Assembly: GCA_038910715.1 (NCBI GenBank)
Contig: JBCKBY010000001.1
Span: 13,009 to 77,008, forward strand
Direction: 5' to 3'
Source of the DNA: Gaiellaceae bacterium
GTDB taxonomy: Bacteria > Actinomycetota > Thermoleophilia > Gaiellales > Gaiellaceae
DNA length: 64,000 nucleotides
In this document: positions 18,379 to 27,862 of the stretch, in pieces
Position numbering within the stretch: position 1 is the first letter of the stretch
Layout of the letters: the number at the start of each line of letters is the position of its first letter
Made by a program: the position numbers and the translations under genes
Notes under the pieces: generated by a model
The model's database searches: none
What the model saw: the letters and a program-made list of their open reading frames with translations, nothing else
What the model was told of the DNA's origin: nothing

Positions 18379-18600
18379 ATGGTCGTGGTCAACATGCACG
18401 AGGCGAAGACACGCCTCTCCGAGCTCGTTCGCCTGGTCGAGGCCGGCGAGAAGGTCGTGCTCGCGCGCAACGGAACGCCTGTGGTGGAGCTGGTCGCTGC
18501 GGCACCCCCGAAGAAACGCGAGGGTGGCTTCTGGAAGGGGCAGGTTTGGATGTCCCCTGACTTCGACGCGCCGCTGCCCGAGTTCGAGGAGTACGTCTGA
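18379..18600 (+). CDS. Type II antitoxin, Phd/YefM family
   Basis: ATG 18379 gives MVVVNMHEAKTRLSELVRLVEAGEKVVLARNGTPVVELV. 73 aa, lying 5 nt upstream of a PIN toxin gene. Confidence 0.8.
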   Translation: MVVVNMHEAKTRLSELVRLVEAGEKVVLARNGTPVVELVAAAPPKKREGGFWKGQVWMSPDFDAPLPEFEEYV

Positions 18601-18605
18601 GGCAA

Positions 18606-18983
18606 GTGAGGCTTCTCCTCGATACACACGTCGCCATCTGGTTCTTCGACGATCCAGCTCTGATAGCGGACGACGCGCGGGAAGCGATCGAGGATCCGAC
18701 CAATCGCTCATTCTTGTCGGCGGCGAGTGTCTGGGAATGGGCACTCAAGCATTCACTCGGTCGCATCTCGATGCCCGACGCGCTGGATGTCGGTGCCACT
18801 CGTGCAGGCGTCGAGGAGCTCATGGTGACCTGGGCGCACGGACGCGTAGCCGCCGACCTTCCGCTCGTGCACCGTGACCCATTCGATCGAATGCTCGTGG
18901 CGCAGGCTCTTACGGAGGATCTGGTGCTGGTAACTCGTGATCCACTGATTCGCCGTTATGAAGTGGCGACGATGCCGGCCTGA
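18606..18983 (+). CDS. vapC: Type II toxin, PIN-domain ribonuclease VapC
   Basis: GTG start. MRLLLDTHVAIWF...SAASVWEW...HRDPFDRMLVAQA carries the PIN acidic residues. Confidence 0.85.
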   Translation: MRLLLDTHVAIWFFDDPALIADDAREAIEDPTNRSFLSAASVWEWALKHSLGRISMPDALDVGATRAGVEELMVTWAHGRVAADLPLVHRDPFDRMLVAQALTEDLVLVTRDPLIRRYEVATMPA

Positions 18984-18990
18984 ACGCACA

Positions 18991-19938
18991 ATGCGCGTCT
19001 GTCTCATGATCGAAGGGCAGGAGGGCGTCACCTGGGACGACTGGGTGCGTCTGGCCCACTTCACGGAGGACAACGGGCTCGAAGGCCTCTTCCGCTCCGA
19101 CCACTACACGGCGATCATCCGCCCGGACGCCGACGCGCTCGACGCCTGGGCGACGCTTGCCGGGCTTGCCGCGGTCACCGAGCGAATCCGCCTCGGCACG
19201 CTAGTCTCGCCGACGACCTTTCGGCATCCGAGCGTGCTTGCTCGCATGGCCGTCACGGTCGACCACATCTCCGGGGGTCGCCTCGACGTCGGGATGGGGT
19301 CGGGCTGGTACGAGCGCGAGCACGAGGCTCACGGCTTCCCGTTCCTCGACGGTAAGCAGCGGTTCGAGCTCTTCGCCGAGCAGGTGGAGATCGTCGTCCG
19401 CTCGTGGACCGAAGACCGTTTCGACTATCGAGGTCCAGCGTACGAGCTGCGGGACCAGCAGGCCTTGCCGCGCGCGGTTCAGCACCCGCATCCGCCGCTC
19501 GTTTTGGGGGGAGGCGTCAAGCCGCGCTTCGCGGCGCTCGCCGCCCGCTACGCGACAGAGGTCAACACGCTCGGCGCTTCGAACGACGAGCTGCGGGAGC
19601 GCAAGCGCCAGCTCCATCAAGCCTGCGAGGACTGTGGCCGCGATCCCGCCACGCTCGGGTTCTCCGTGATGACCTCGTGCTTTCTCGGCGATACGCACCG
19701 TGACGCCGTCGAGCGCGTCGCAAAGTTTCTCTCAGTACGCGGGGACGAGACGGACGCCGAGGCGATGCTCGACGCACGACGCGACCGGTGGTTGGCGGGG
19801 AGCGTCGAAGAGGTTGCGGCGCGCATCGAGGAGCTTCGCGAGCTCGGCGTGACGCGCGTGTTCCTCCAGCACCTGAACCACTCGGACGACGAGATGGTGT
19901 CCCTGATCGGCGGGCGGCTATTGCCCGCGCTCAGGTAG
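18991..19938 (+). CDS. LLM-class (luciferase-like) F420-dependent oxidoreductase
   Basis: ATG 18991 gives MRVCLMIEGQEGVTWDDW. The motifs FRSDHY and GSGWYEREHEAHGF are typical of LLM F420 enzymes. Confidence 0.8.
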   Translation: MRVCLMIEGQEGVTWDDWVRLAHFTEDNGLEGLFRSDHYTAIIRPDADALDAWATLAGLAAVTERIRLGTLVSPTTFRHPSVLARMAVTVDHISGGRLDVGMGSGWYEREHEAHGFPFLDGKQRFELFAEQVEIVVRSWTEDRFDYRGPAYELRDQQALPRAVQHPHPPLVLGGGVKPRFAALAARYATEVNTLGASNDELRERKRQLHQACEDCGRDPATLGFSVMTSCFLGDTHRDAVERVAKFLSVRGDETDAEAMLDARRDRWLAGSVEEVAARIEELRELGVTRVFLQHLNHSDDEMVSLIGGRLLPALR

Positions 19939-19948
19939 CTTCCAGCCC

Positions 19949-21745
19949 ATGACAACGACCGAGCTGACGGGCGCGGAAGAGGTCGCGTGGGACCTCTCCC
20001 ACCTGTACGAGAGCGGCGACGATCCACGCCTCGAGCAGGACGTGGAGGAGGCCGAGGCCGCCGCCGCGGCATTTCGTGAGCAGTACTACGGCCGGGTCGC
20101 AGAGCTAGGCGCGACCGAACTTGTCGAGGCGATCGACGAGCGCGAGCGGATCGAGTCGATCTTCACCCGCGCGATCTACTACGCCCACCTCTGGTTCTCG
20201 ACGGATATGGCCGACTCTCCGCGCGGAGCCCTTCTCGCGCGGCTCACCGAGAAGGGCGCTGGGCTCGATACGCAGCTCCTGTTCTTCGGCCTCGAGATCG
20301 CGGATCTCGACGACGACGCCACAGAGATGCTCCTTGCGGACGCGGCGCTCGAGCGCTGGCAGCATTGGCTGCGCTCGGTCCGGAAGTTCCGCCCATACAT
20401 CCTCACCGAGCCCGAGGAGAAGATCATGACCGAGAAGTCGGTCTCTGGCACGAGCGCCTGGGACCGCCTGTTCGACGAGCTTCTCGGAGCGGTGCGGGTC
20501 GATCTCGACGGAACCGAGATCGGCTTCGAGCAAGCCATGGCGAAGCTCTACTCGGGCGATCGTGACGAGCGACGCCGAGCTTCCGAGGCTGTCACGTTGG
20601 CCCTCGAGCCCGGGCTACGGACCCGCACGTTCATCTTCAACACGATCGTCCTCGACAAGTCGATCGACGATCGGCTCAGAGGTTACGAAACCTGGCTCTC
20701 AGCTCGAAACCTCCGCAACGATACGACGGACGAGGCAGTCCAGGCGCTGATCGACGCGACCGTCGCGCGGTACGACGTCGTCCAGCGCTACTACCGCCTG
20801 AAGGCACGACTGATCGGTCTCGACCGGCTGACGTTCTACGATCGCATGGCGCCGATCGGCGAGGACCCGACCAAGGCTACCTGGGACGACTCTCGCCAGA
20901 TCGTCGTCGACGCGTACCGAGACTTTTCGAGCGAGGTGGGTGACATCGCCGAGCGGTTTTTCCGCGAGAATTGGATCGACGCACCGGTGCGCGAGAACAA
21001 GCGCACCGGTGCCTTCTGCGCGACGAACGTGCCGGGCGTCCATCCCTACGTGTTCATGAACTTCACGGGAGACCGGCGCTCGATCCTCACGCTCGCTCAC
21101 GAGCTCGGTCACGGGCTCCACGGCTATCTCGCCGAGCCTCTTGGCCTCTTCAACGCGTCGACGCCGCTGACGACGGCCGAGACGGCGTCGGTTTTCGGCG
21201 AGGCGCTCACCTTCAAACGGCTGCTCGCGATCGAGGAGGACCCGGGCCGCAGGCTCAACTTGCTCGCCGGGCGCATCGAGGACTCGATCGCGACCGTCTT
21301 TCGGCAGATCGCCATGAACCGCTTCGAGCACGCTGTCCACACGGCGCGACGCGAGGAGGGCGAGCTCTCGATCGAGAAGCTCGAGGAGCTCTGGCTCGAA
21401 TCTCAGACGAAGCTCTTCGGCGACTCGGTCGATGTCGACGGCTACGGCACCTGGTGGAGCTATGTCTCGCATTTCATGGGCTCACCCGGGTACGTCTACG
21501 CGTACGCGTACGGCTTTCTCTTCGCGCTGTCGATCTTCCGAAAGTACGAGCTCGAAGGCGACGCGATGGTAGAGCCGTACCTCGACGTTCTCCGAGCGGG
21601 AGGGTCGAAGCCGCCGGAGGAGCTTGCGGAGATCGTAGGGCTCGACCTCACCGATCCACGCATCTGGGAAAGCGGCATCGACGCGCTTGCAGCCGAGTTG
21701 GACGAGGCCGAGGCGCTCGCGGCCGACATCGGGATCGGCTCCTAG
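19949..21745 (+). CDS. pepF: M3B family oligoendopeptidase F
   Basis: 598 aa with zinc motif HELGHGLH and PepF-like termini. Confidence 0.85.
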   Translation: MTTTELTGAEEVAWDLSHLYESGDDPRLEQDVEEAEAAAAAFREQYYGRVAELGATELVEAIDERERIESIFTRAIYYAHLWFSTDMADSPRGALLARLTEKGAGLDTQLLFFGLEIADLDDDATEMLLADAALERWQHWLRSVRKFRPYILTEPEEKIMTEKSVSGTSAWDRLFDELLGAVRVDLDGTEIGFEQAMAKLYSGDRDERRRASEAVTLALEPGLRTRTFIFNTIVLDKSIDDRLRGYETWLSARNLRNDTTDEAVQALIDATVARYDVVQRYYRLKARLIGLDRLTFYDRMAPIGEDPTKATWDDSRQIVVDAYRDFSSEVGDIAERFFRENWIDAPVRENKRTGAFCATNVPGVHPYVFMNFTGDRRSILTLAHELGHGLHGYLAEPLGLFNASTPLTTAETASVFGEALTFKRLLAIEEDPGRRLNLLAGRIEDSIATVFRQIAMNRFEHAVHTARREEGELSIEKLEELWLESQTKLFGDSVDVDGYGTWWSYVSHFMGSPGYVYAYAYGFLFALSIFRKYELEGDAMVEPYLDVLRAGGSKPPEELAEIVGLDLTDPRIWESGIDALAAELDEAEALAADIGIGS

Positions 21746-21748
21746 CTC

Positions 21749-21828
21749 GCGCAAGACCGGAATCCGCTAGCGCAGACTCCGGTCGCGCAAAAATCCCTGA
21801 AGGCGTCCGCCTTGCGGCCGCGGCGCTT
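21749..21828 (-). repeat. Copy A of a ~78-nt two-hairpin intergenic repeat (inverted relative to copies B and C)
   Basis: Its reverse complement, gccgcaaggcggacgccttcagggatttttgcgcgaccggagtctgcgctagcggattccggtcttgcgc, aligns along its full length with 49551-49628 and 25518-25593. Confidence 0.8.
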
Positions 21829-21953
21829 GTGCCTAACCAGAAGCTAGTGGACGACGTCGAATCAACGGGGCTCACTGGAGTCCTGGCAGCAAGGTCGCGA
21901 CAGCGCTACTCTCGCGGCTGACAGGCAGGAATCGGAGGGAAAACAAGGAGGAG

Positions 21954-23204
21954 TTGGTGCGAAAGATCATTGCGTCTGCGGTCGTCCTGGTTGCAGCGCT
22001 TGCGTTTACAGTGCCCGGGGCGCTCGGTGGCCCGGGCGAGACGGGTGTCACAGACAAGACGATCACCATCGGCGGGACCTTCCCGCTCACCGGGCCCGTG
22101 GCGTCGTATGCGCCGATCGCGCTCGGTATGGAGGCCTACTTCAGCTCGATCAACGCCCGCCGAGGCCCGGACGGCAAGCGCGGCGTGATGGGCCGTCAGA
22201 TCATCTGGAAGGTCTACGACGATGCCTACAACCCCGCGAACACGGTTCAGCTCACCCGCAGGCTCGTCGAGCAGGACAAGGTCTTCGCGACGGTGGGCCA
22301 GCTCGGGACCGAGCACAACCTCGCCGTACGGAGGTATCTGAACCAGCAGAAGGTGCCGCACACGCTCGTCTCGACGGGTGCGTCCGTGTGGGGGACCCAG
22401 TACAAGGAGTACCCGTGGACGATCGGCTGGCAGCCTGACTACATCGCCGAGGGCCGCATCTACGGCCTCCACATCAAGGCGAACTTCAAAGGCAAGAAGA
22501 TCGCCGTCCTCTACCAGAACGACGACTACGGCAAGGACTACCTGTACGGCGTCCGTGCGGTGCTCGGCAAGACGTACGCCGACGCGAACATCGTCGCCCA
22601 GGAAGCGTACGAGGCGACGGCAACGAGTGTGGCGTCGCAGATCATAAAGATCAAGGCCTCCGGGGCCACGATTCTCGTGCTCCTTTCGACGCCGCCTTCG
22701 ACGATCCGGGCGTACGCGACCGCGAAGGCCCTCGGCTACAAGCCGGAGCAGATCTACCTGAACTCGGTCTCGGCGACGGCGGCGTTCCTGAACATCGCGG
22801 TCGGGGCGGCCGGCGCGGCGACCGTCAACGGCTCGCTCTCGGTCGCCTACCTGAAGGACCCGGCCAGTCCGACCTGGAACAACGACGCGGCCATGAAGCA
22901 GTACCGGGTGATCATGGCCAAGTATGCGCCGACCGCGAACGCGAACGACCCGCTCCATCTCTATGGTGCCGCGAAAGCGGAGACGTTCGTGCAGGCGCTC
23001 TACAAGGCGGGCAAGAACCTGACCCGCGCCGGTCTGATGAACGCCCTCCTGAGCATGGACGCGGAAAACAAGTTCGCGCTTCCGGGCGTCAGGCAGAAGA
23101 CGAGCAAGACCGACCACTGGGTCATCAGCCAGATGCAGCTCGAGCATTACACCCACCCCGACTGGAAGCTGCAGGGCAAGCTCATCGAGGGGCGCCCGCG
23201 CTAG
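21954..23204 (+). CDS. Branched-chain/amino-acid ABC transporter substrate-binding protein (LivJ family), orphan
   Basis: TTG/GTG start after aaggaggag, followed by a signal peptide. ITIGGTFPLTGPVASYA and YQNDDYGKDY are typical of family-4 binding proteins. Paralogue of 37737-38960. Confidence 0.85.
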   Translation: MVRKIIASAVVLVAALAFTVPGALGGPGETGVTDKTITIGGTFPLTGPVASYAPIALGMEAYFSSINARRGPDGKRGVMGRQIIWKVYDDAYNPANTVQLTRRLVEQDKVFATVGQLGTEHNLAVRRYLNQQKVPHTLVSTGASVWGTQYKEYPWTIGWQPDYIAEGRIYGLHIKANFKGKKIAVLYQNDDYGKDYLYGVRAVLGKTYADANIVAQEAYEATATSVASQIIKIKASGATILVLLSTPPSTIRAYATAKALGYKPEQIYLNSVSATAAFLNIAVGAAGAATVNGSLSVAYLKDPASPTWNNDAAMKQYRVIMAKYAPTANANDPLHLYGAAKAETFVQALYKAGKNLTRAGLMNALLSMDAENKFALPGVRQKTSKTDHWVISQMQLEHYTHPDWKLQGKLIEGRPR

Positions 23205-23214
23205 CAGTCGATCT

Positions 23215-23241
23215 GGGGTCAGACCCCACGGGTTTGACCCC
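23215..23241 (+). terminator. GC-rich stem-loop after the binding-protein gene
   Basis: ggggtca pairs with tgacccc and accc pairs with gggt. Starts 11 nt after the TAG at 23204. No clear U-tract. Confidence 0.4.
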
Positions 23242-23249
23242 CACACCTC

Positions 23250-23278
23250 GTAAGGGCCGGGATTCTCCCGGCCCTTAC
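23250..23278. terminator. Perfect 13-bp-stem hairpin between convergent genes
   Basis: gtaagggccggga-ttc-tcccggcccttac. The 3' arm contains the stop codon of the minus-strand phosphatase gene. Confidence 0.55.
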
Positions 23279-23952
23279 TCGTTCTCGGCTCGAAGGCGGT
23301 ACTGCTCCCAGTAGCGCTCCATCGTCGTCTGTCGGTGCGCGACGTGGAGCAGGTCGTACGCGGCGACGTTCACCGCACGCACGATCCACTCGCCGTCCTC
23401 GCCCAGGTCGAGCACGTTCACGCACGCGGGCGCCTGCTCGAAGTGGCCGAGGAACATCCGCTCCGCATTCAGCGCGTAGGAGAGGATCGCGCGATTCACG
23501 CCGCCATGAAGGACCGCCAGCGTCGTGTGCCAGTCCTCGTCGGCTGCGAGGCGCTCGAGTGCGGGGATGACTCGGTCGAAGAGCTCCCCGATCGACTCAC
23601 CGCGCAGGAACCTCGTGTCGCTGGGGATGACGCCGCGGAACGCATGGACGAACTCGTGCTGCAGAGCGTCCGTCGGGATCTCGGAAAGACGCCCGCCGCG
23701 GATCTCGGTCAGCTCGGGCCGGATCTCGGGCTCGATGCTTGGGGCGACGATGGCGGCGGTCTCGAGTGTGCGCGGAAGGCCGCTCGTGAGCACGCGATCG
23801 AGCTCGATGCCTTCAAGAGCCGCTGCCGCAGCTCTGGCCTGCGTGATGCCCTCCCCGTTCAGGGATACGTGTACGGGGTCGACGGGCTTCCCGTCCGGGC
23901 TGAAGTACGAGACCTCGGCGTGGCGCATGAGGTACAGGCGACGACGGGTCAC
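23275..23952 (-). CDS. Histidine phosphatase (phosphoglycerate-mutase-like) family protein
   Basis: GTG 23952 gives RRRLYLMRHAEV (RHG-type motif), with a later LAVLHGG. The longer ORF N-terminus is Arg/Ser junk. Confidence 0.75.
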   Translation of the reverse strand: MTRRRLYLMRHAEVSYFSPDGKPVDPVHVSLNGEGITQARAAAAALEGIELDRVLTSGLPRTLETAAIVAPSIEPEIRPELTEIRGGRLSEIPTDALQHEFVHAFRGVIPSDTRFLRGESIGELFDRVIPALERLAADEDWHTTLAVLHGGVNRAILSYALNAERMFLGHFEQAPACVNVLDLGEDGEWIVRAVNVAAYDLLHVAHRQTTMERYWEQYRLRAENE

Positions 23953-23980
23953 CGCGCGCGTCTCGCAAGCTCGGCGTAGG

Positions 23981-24355
23981 TCATTCGTCGTGATTCGTGT
24001 ACGTGCGGATCCGCCACGTCTCGCCGTCGCGGAACATGAAGTACGTCGTCCGAAAGTCACGAATGAGGGCCCCGTCAGCACCGAGCACTTGCCAGTTCAC
24101 GGTCGCATTCGTGGCGTGTGAACCGAGCCGATCGAGGTGCAGAGCTGCGAGCTCGGCGCTGGCCGCTCCGGCGGCCGAGTATGTGCTCATCAGCTCGGAT
24201 AAGTGCTCTCGCAGTGCCGCTTCGTCAGCAAGATGGATGACACGACCCTCACGTACGGCGAGCGCCGGAGCGTCGTACATAGCCGCGACAGCGTCGACGT
24301 CCGACGCCATGTATCGGTCGGAGTAGTGCGAGAAGAATGACTCGAGCTCGTTCAT
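23981..24355 (-). CDS. SnoaL-like/NTF2-fold small protein
   Basis: ATG 24355 preceded by aggagg. 124 aa starting MNELESFFSHYSDRYMASDVDAVAAMY. Confidence 0.6.
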   Translation of the reverse strand: MNELESFFSHYSDRYMASDVDAVAAMYDAPALAVREGRVIHLADEAALREHLSELMSTYSAAGAASAELAALHLDRLGSHATNATVNWQVLGADGALIRDFRTTYFMFRDGETWRIRTYTNHDE

Positions 24356-24407
24356 GTCGCCTCCTAATCGCATCGGGGATTCTTGTCGAGCGGCATAGGA
24401 TCGCACG

Positions 24408-25487
24408 ATGCGGTCGGAGGACATTGTCGAGACCGCGGCCGACGCGGAAGCGGCGGACAAGCCCCCGCTTCTCGTGCTCGACCGCGTGCGCGCATTCCTC
24501 GACGAGCACGAGCTCGGCTCGGGCGCACTGAGCGCGCGGCGCATCGGAGAAGGCGGAGGCTCGAACTTCACGTTCCTTCTCGAGCGTGACGAAGGCCGCT
24601 TCGTCCTTCGCCGTCCTCCGCGCCCTCCGCTACCGCCCTCCGCCCACGACGTCGTGCGCGAGGCCAGGCTCCAGCTCGCCCTCCGGAAAGCCGGGTTTGC
24701 GCGCCTGCCGACGATCGTCGCGGTCGGCGAGGACGAGAGCGTCCTCGGTGTCCCGTTCTATGTCATGACCTATCTCGACGGCCACGTTCCGACGGACGTG
24801 TCACCTCCCGGGCTCGAGAGTGAGCGATCGCGCCGCGATCTCGCGAACGACCTGGTCGACGCCCTCGTCGAGATCCATGCGGCCGACGTCTCGACGTCCG
24901 AGCTCGCGGCGTTTGCGCGGCCCGGGAACTACAACGAGCGCCAGGTTCGGCGTTTTACGCAGCTGTGGGAGATCAACAAGACGCGCGACCTTCCAATCGT
25001 GGAGGAGGTCGGCGAGCGGCTCGCGCGCGATGTGCCCGAGCCGCTCCCGTCCGCCGTCGTGCACGGCGATTTTCGGCTCGGCAACACGATGGTCGCGCAT
25101 GACAACCCGTCGCGGATCCTGGCCGTGCTCGACTGGGAGATGGGGGCGATTGGCGATCCGCGCGCCGACGTCGGCTACCTGCTGGCAACGTATAGCGAGC
25201 CGGGTGGCCCGGCCAACCCGCTCGGTACGTTGCCCGTGACTGCTCTACCGGGATTCCCGTCCAGGTCACAGCTCATCGAGCGCTACGTCGCGCGCAGCGG
25301 TCGCGATGTCGCGCCGCTGCCCTGGTTCGAGGCGCTCGCCCTCTGGAAGGCCGCGGTCTTCTGTGAGGCGATCTACGGCCGCTTCGTGCGCGGTGAGCTC
25401 GGAGTCGAGGACACGCGCGCCGCGCGCTTCGAGCAAGGCGTGCCCTATCTTGCCGCAGCCGCCGCAGAAGCACTCTCGCGCACCTGA
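24408..25487 (+). CDS. Phosphotransferase (APH/choline-kinase-like) family protein, of the type commonly adjacent to acyl-CoA dehydrogenases
   Basis: 359 aa with VVHGDFRLGNTMV and LDWEMGAIGDPRADVGY kinase motifs. Confidence 0.8.
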   Translation: MRSEDIVETAADAEAADKPPLLVLDRVRAFLDEHELGSGALSARRIGEGGGSNFTFLLERDEGRFVLRRPPRPPLPPSAHDVVREARLQLALRKAGFARLPTIVAVGEDESVLGVPFYVMTYLDGHVPTDVSPPGLESERSRRDLANDLVDALVEIHAADVSTSELAAFARPGNYNERQVRRFTQLWEINKTRDLPIVEEVGERLARDVPEPLPSAVVHGDFRLGNTMVAHDNPSRILAVLDWEMGAIGDPRADVGYLLATYSEPGGPANPLGTLPVTALPGFPSRSQLIERYVARSGRDVAPLPWFEALALWKAAVFCEAIYGRFVRGELGVEDTRAARFEQGVPYLAAAAAEALSRT

Positions 25488-25517
25488 CGCGCGGGCTGGT
25501 GGAGTGTCCGGAGCGAT

Positions 25518-25593
25518 GCGGCTGCGTAGCAGCTGCCTTCGGGGATCTTGCGCGACCGGAGACTCCGCGCTAGCGGAATCTCCGGTCTTGCGC
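25518..25593 (+). repeat. Copy C of the two-hairpin intergenic repeat
   Basis: gcggctgcgtagcagctgccttcggggatcttgcgcgaccggagactccgcgctagcggaatctccggtcttgcgc, lying between convergent genes. Confidence 0.8.
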
Positions 25594-25595
25594 TA

Positions 25596-26600
25596 TTACA
25601 GGACGATCTCGGCGAGCGCGCGCAGCGCCTCGGGTTGCTGCGTCGCGACGAGGAGCGAGGTGACGCCAGATTCGCGCCACGCCTCCACGCGCTCGGCGAG
25701 CCGCTCCTTCGGCCCGACCAACGCGACCTCGTCTACGAAGGAGTCCGGGATCGCCGCGGCAGCGTCACGCTTGTTCCCCTCCAGGTAGAGGTCCTGGATC
25801 TGCTTCGCTTCCGCCTCGTAGCCGTACCGGCTGAAGAGGTCGTTGTAGAAGTTCTTGCCTCGCGCCCCCATACCGCCGATGTAGAGCGCGTAGTACGGCT
25901 TGATGAAGTCGCGGCCGGCCTCGACGTCGTCGATCAGGATCGTCGGCACGGAGGGAGCGATGTCGAAGCCCGGCGGTGCGCTCGCTATCGCGGGTCCGAA
26001 GACATCTCGTGCCTTCTCAGGTGACCAGAACAGCGGAAGCCAGCCGTCCGCGATCTCACACGCCTGCGCAACCGCCTTCGGCCCCATCGCCGCGAGGTAG
26101 ATCGGGATGTCCGCGCGCAGCGGCCGTGCCATGATCTTGAGCGGCTTGCCGAGTCCCGTTCCGTTGCTGTACGGGATGTCGTAGTGCTCGCCGTGGTGCT
26201 CCACGAGCTCGCGCCGGACCGCGGCACGCACGATCTCGACGTACTCGCGCGTCTTCATCAGCGGCTTGCCCCACGGCTCGCCGTGCCAGCCCTCGACTAC
26301 CTGCGGTCCCGAGGTTCCGAGCCCGAGGAGGAACCTTCCGCCCGAAAGGAGGTCGAGCGTCACGGCCGTCATCGCCGTGTTCGTCGGCGTACGCCCTGGG
26401 ATCTGCATGATCCCCGAGCCGAGCTTGATCTTCTCGGTGGTTGCGCCGAGCCACGAGAGGACGGTGACGCAGTCCGTTCCCCAGGCTTCGGCCGCCCACG
26501 CCGAGTCGTAACCAAGGCGCTCTGCCTCCTGCGCCATGGCGATCGGCTCGAGCGGACTCGTCCCCGGCGGTGCGTAGCCCATGTAGAAGCCGAGGCGCAC
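25596..26600 (-). CDS. LLM-class F420-dependent oxidoreductase
   Basis: GTG 26600 gives [13 protein letters not shown], a typical family N-terminus. The alternative ATG 26648 would overlap the divergent ACAD start. Family motif [15 protein letters not shown] is present. Confidence 0.75.
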   Translation of the reverse strand: MRLGFYMGYAPPGTSPLEPIAMAQEAERLGYDSAWAAEAWGTDCVTVLSWLGATTEKIKLGSGIMQIPGRTPTNTAMTAVTLDLLSGGRFLLGLGTSGPQVVEGWHGEPWGKPLMKTREYVEIVRAAVRRELVEHHGEHYDIPYSNGTGLGKPLKIMARPLRADIPIYLAAMGPKAVAQACEIADGWLPLFWSPEKARDVFGPAIASAPPGFDIAPSVPTILIDDVEAGRDFIKPYYALYIGGMGARGKNFYNDLFSRYGYEAEAKQIQDLYLEGNKRDAAAAIPDSFVDEVALVGPKERLAERVEAWRESGVTSLLVATQQPEALRALAEIVL

Positions 26601-26646
26601 TATTTCTCTCTTTGCTGCATAGGTATCTGCCTGCGATGCTAACGCC

Positions 26647-27858
26647 ATGACGATCACCGACCTCCGACTGACCGACGAGATGCAGGAGCTTCGCGCCCGG
26701 TACAGGGCGTTCATGGAGGAGCACGTGTACCCGAACGAGGCCGCGCTCGGCCGCGAGGACGTCGAGGCCGACGCGCTGATGGCGGGTCTGCGCGCGCATG
26801 CCAGGGAGCAGGGTCTGTGGGCTCCGCACCTGCCGCCGGAGGCGGGTGGCTCGAACGGGAGCTTCCTCGCCTACGCCCACGTGAACGAGGAGATCGGGCG
26901 ATCCGTCTGGGCGCAGCTCGCCTTCGGCTGCCAGGCGCCCGACGCGGGGAACGGCGAGATCCTGTGGCACTTCGGGACCGAGGAGCAAAAGAAGCGCTGG
27001 CTCGAGCCGCTCGTGGCCGGGGAGGTGCGCTCGTTCTTCTCGATGACGGAGCCGGAGGTGCCGGGCTCCGATCCCACGACGTTGCGGACTCGAGCCGTTC
27101 GAGACGGCGACGAGTGGGTAATCGACGGCCACAAGTGGTTCTCGTCGGGCGCCGAGGGGGCGTCCTTCGGGATCGTCATGGCCGTCACCGATCCCGACGC
27201 CGACGCGCACAGACGAGCGACACAGATCATCGTCCCCGCGGATACACCCGGCGTCGAGATCGTCCGCGCAGTTCCGACGATGGGTCACCGCGGGCGCGGC
27301 TGGACGACGCACTGCGAGGTGCGCTACACGGGTGTCCGCGTTCCGGCCGAGAACACGCTCGGCGAGGTGGGGGAGGGCTTCCGCATCGCGCAGAAGCGCC
27401 TCGGGCCCGGCCGCATCCACCACGTCATGCGCTGGCTCGGCCAGATGCAGCGCGCCTTCGAGCTCATGTGCACGTATGCGCTCGAGCGCGAGGCGTTCGG
27501 CGGCCCGCTCGCCGAGAAGCAGACGGTCCAGAACTGGATCGCCGATTCCGCGGCCGAGATCCAGGCGTGCCGCTTGATGACGCTCGACGCCGCGCACAAG
27601 ATCGACCAGGGAGACGAGGCGCGCGTAGAGGTCTCGGTGATCAAGTTCTACGCCGCGCGCGTCCTGCACGACGTGATCGACCGAGCGATTCAGGTGCACG
27701 GCGCGCGTGGGCTCACGGACGAGACGCCGCTCGCTGCGATGCTGGCGATGGCGCGGGGCGCTCGGATCTACGACGGCCCGGACGAGGTGCACCGCATGGT
27801 CGTCGCGCGGCGGATCTTGAAGTCGTTCGCAGCCGGCGACGGCTGGCGCTTCGACTGA
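26647..27858 (+). CDS. Acyl-CoA dehydrogenase
   Basis: 403 aa with ACAD motifs ([31 protein letters not shown]). Confidence 0.9.
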   Translation: MTITDLRLTDEMQELRARYRAFMEEHVYPNEAALGREDVEADALMAGLRAHAREQGLWAPHLPPEAGGSNGSFLAYAHVNEEIGRSVWAQLAFGCQAPDAGNGEILWHFGTEEQKKRWLEPLVAGEVRSFFSMTEPEVPGSDPTTLRTRAVRDGDEWVIDGHKWFSSGAEGASFGIVMAVTDPDADAHRRATQIIVPADTPGVEIVRAVPTMGHRGRGWTTHCEVRYTGVRVPAENTLGEVGEGFRIAQKRLGPGRIHHVMRWLGQMQRAFELMCTYALEREAFGGPLAEKQTVQNWIADSAAEIQACRLMTLDAAHKIDQGDEARVEVSVIKFYAARVLHDVIDRAIQVHGARGLTDETPLAAMLAMARGARIYDGPDEVHRMVVARRILKSFAAGDGWRFD

Positions 27859-27862
27859 CGGC

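Noticed and set aside
21906-23246. 446-aa minus-strand ORF
   Set aside because: It is antisense to the LivJ-like binding-protein gene and has shadow-ORF composition.
26598-26649. Divergent LLM and ACAD genes appearing to overlap at their start codons (CATG at 26646-26649)
   Set aside because: This is probably an artefact of taking the longest ORF. An in-frame GTG at 26600 gives the family-typical [10 protein letters not shown]-terminus and leaves a 46-bp AT-richer spacer.
26056-27792. 578-aa minus-strand ORF
   Set aside because: It is antisense to a clear acyl-CoA dehydrogenase (26647-27858) and out of frame with the LLM gene. The Arg-rich low-complexity translation is typical of high-GC shadow ORFs.
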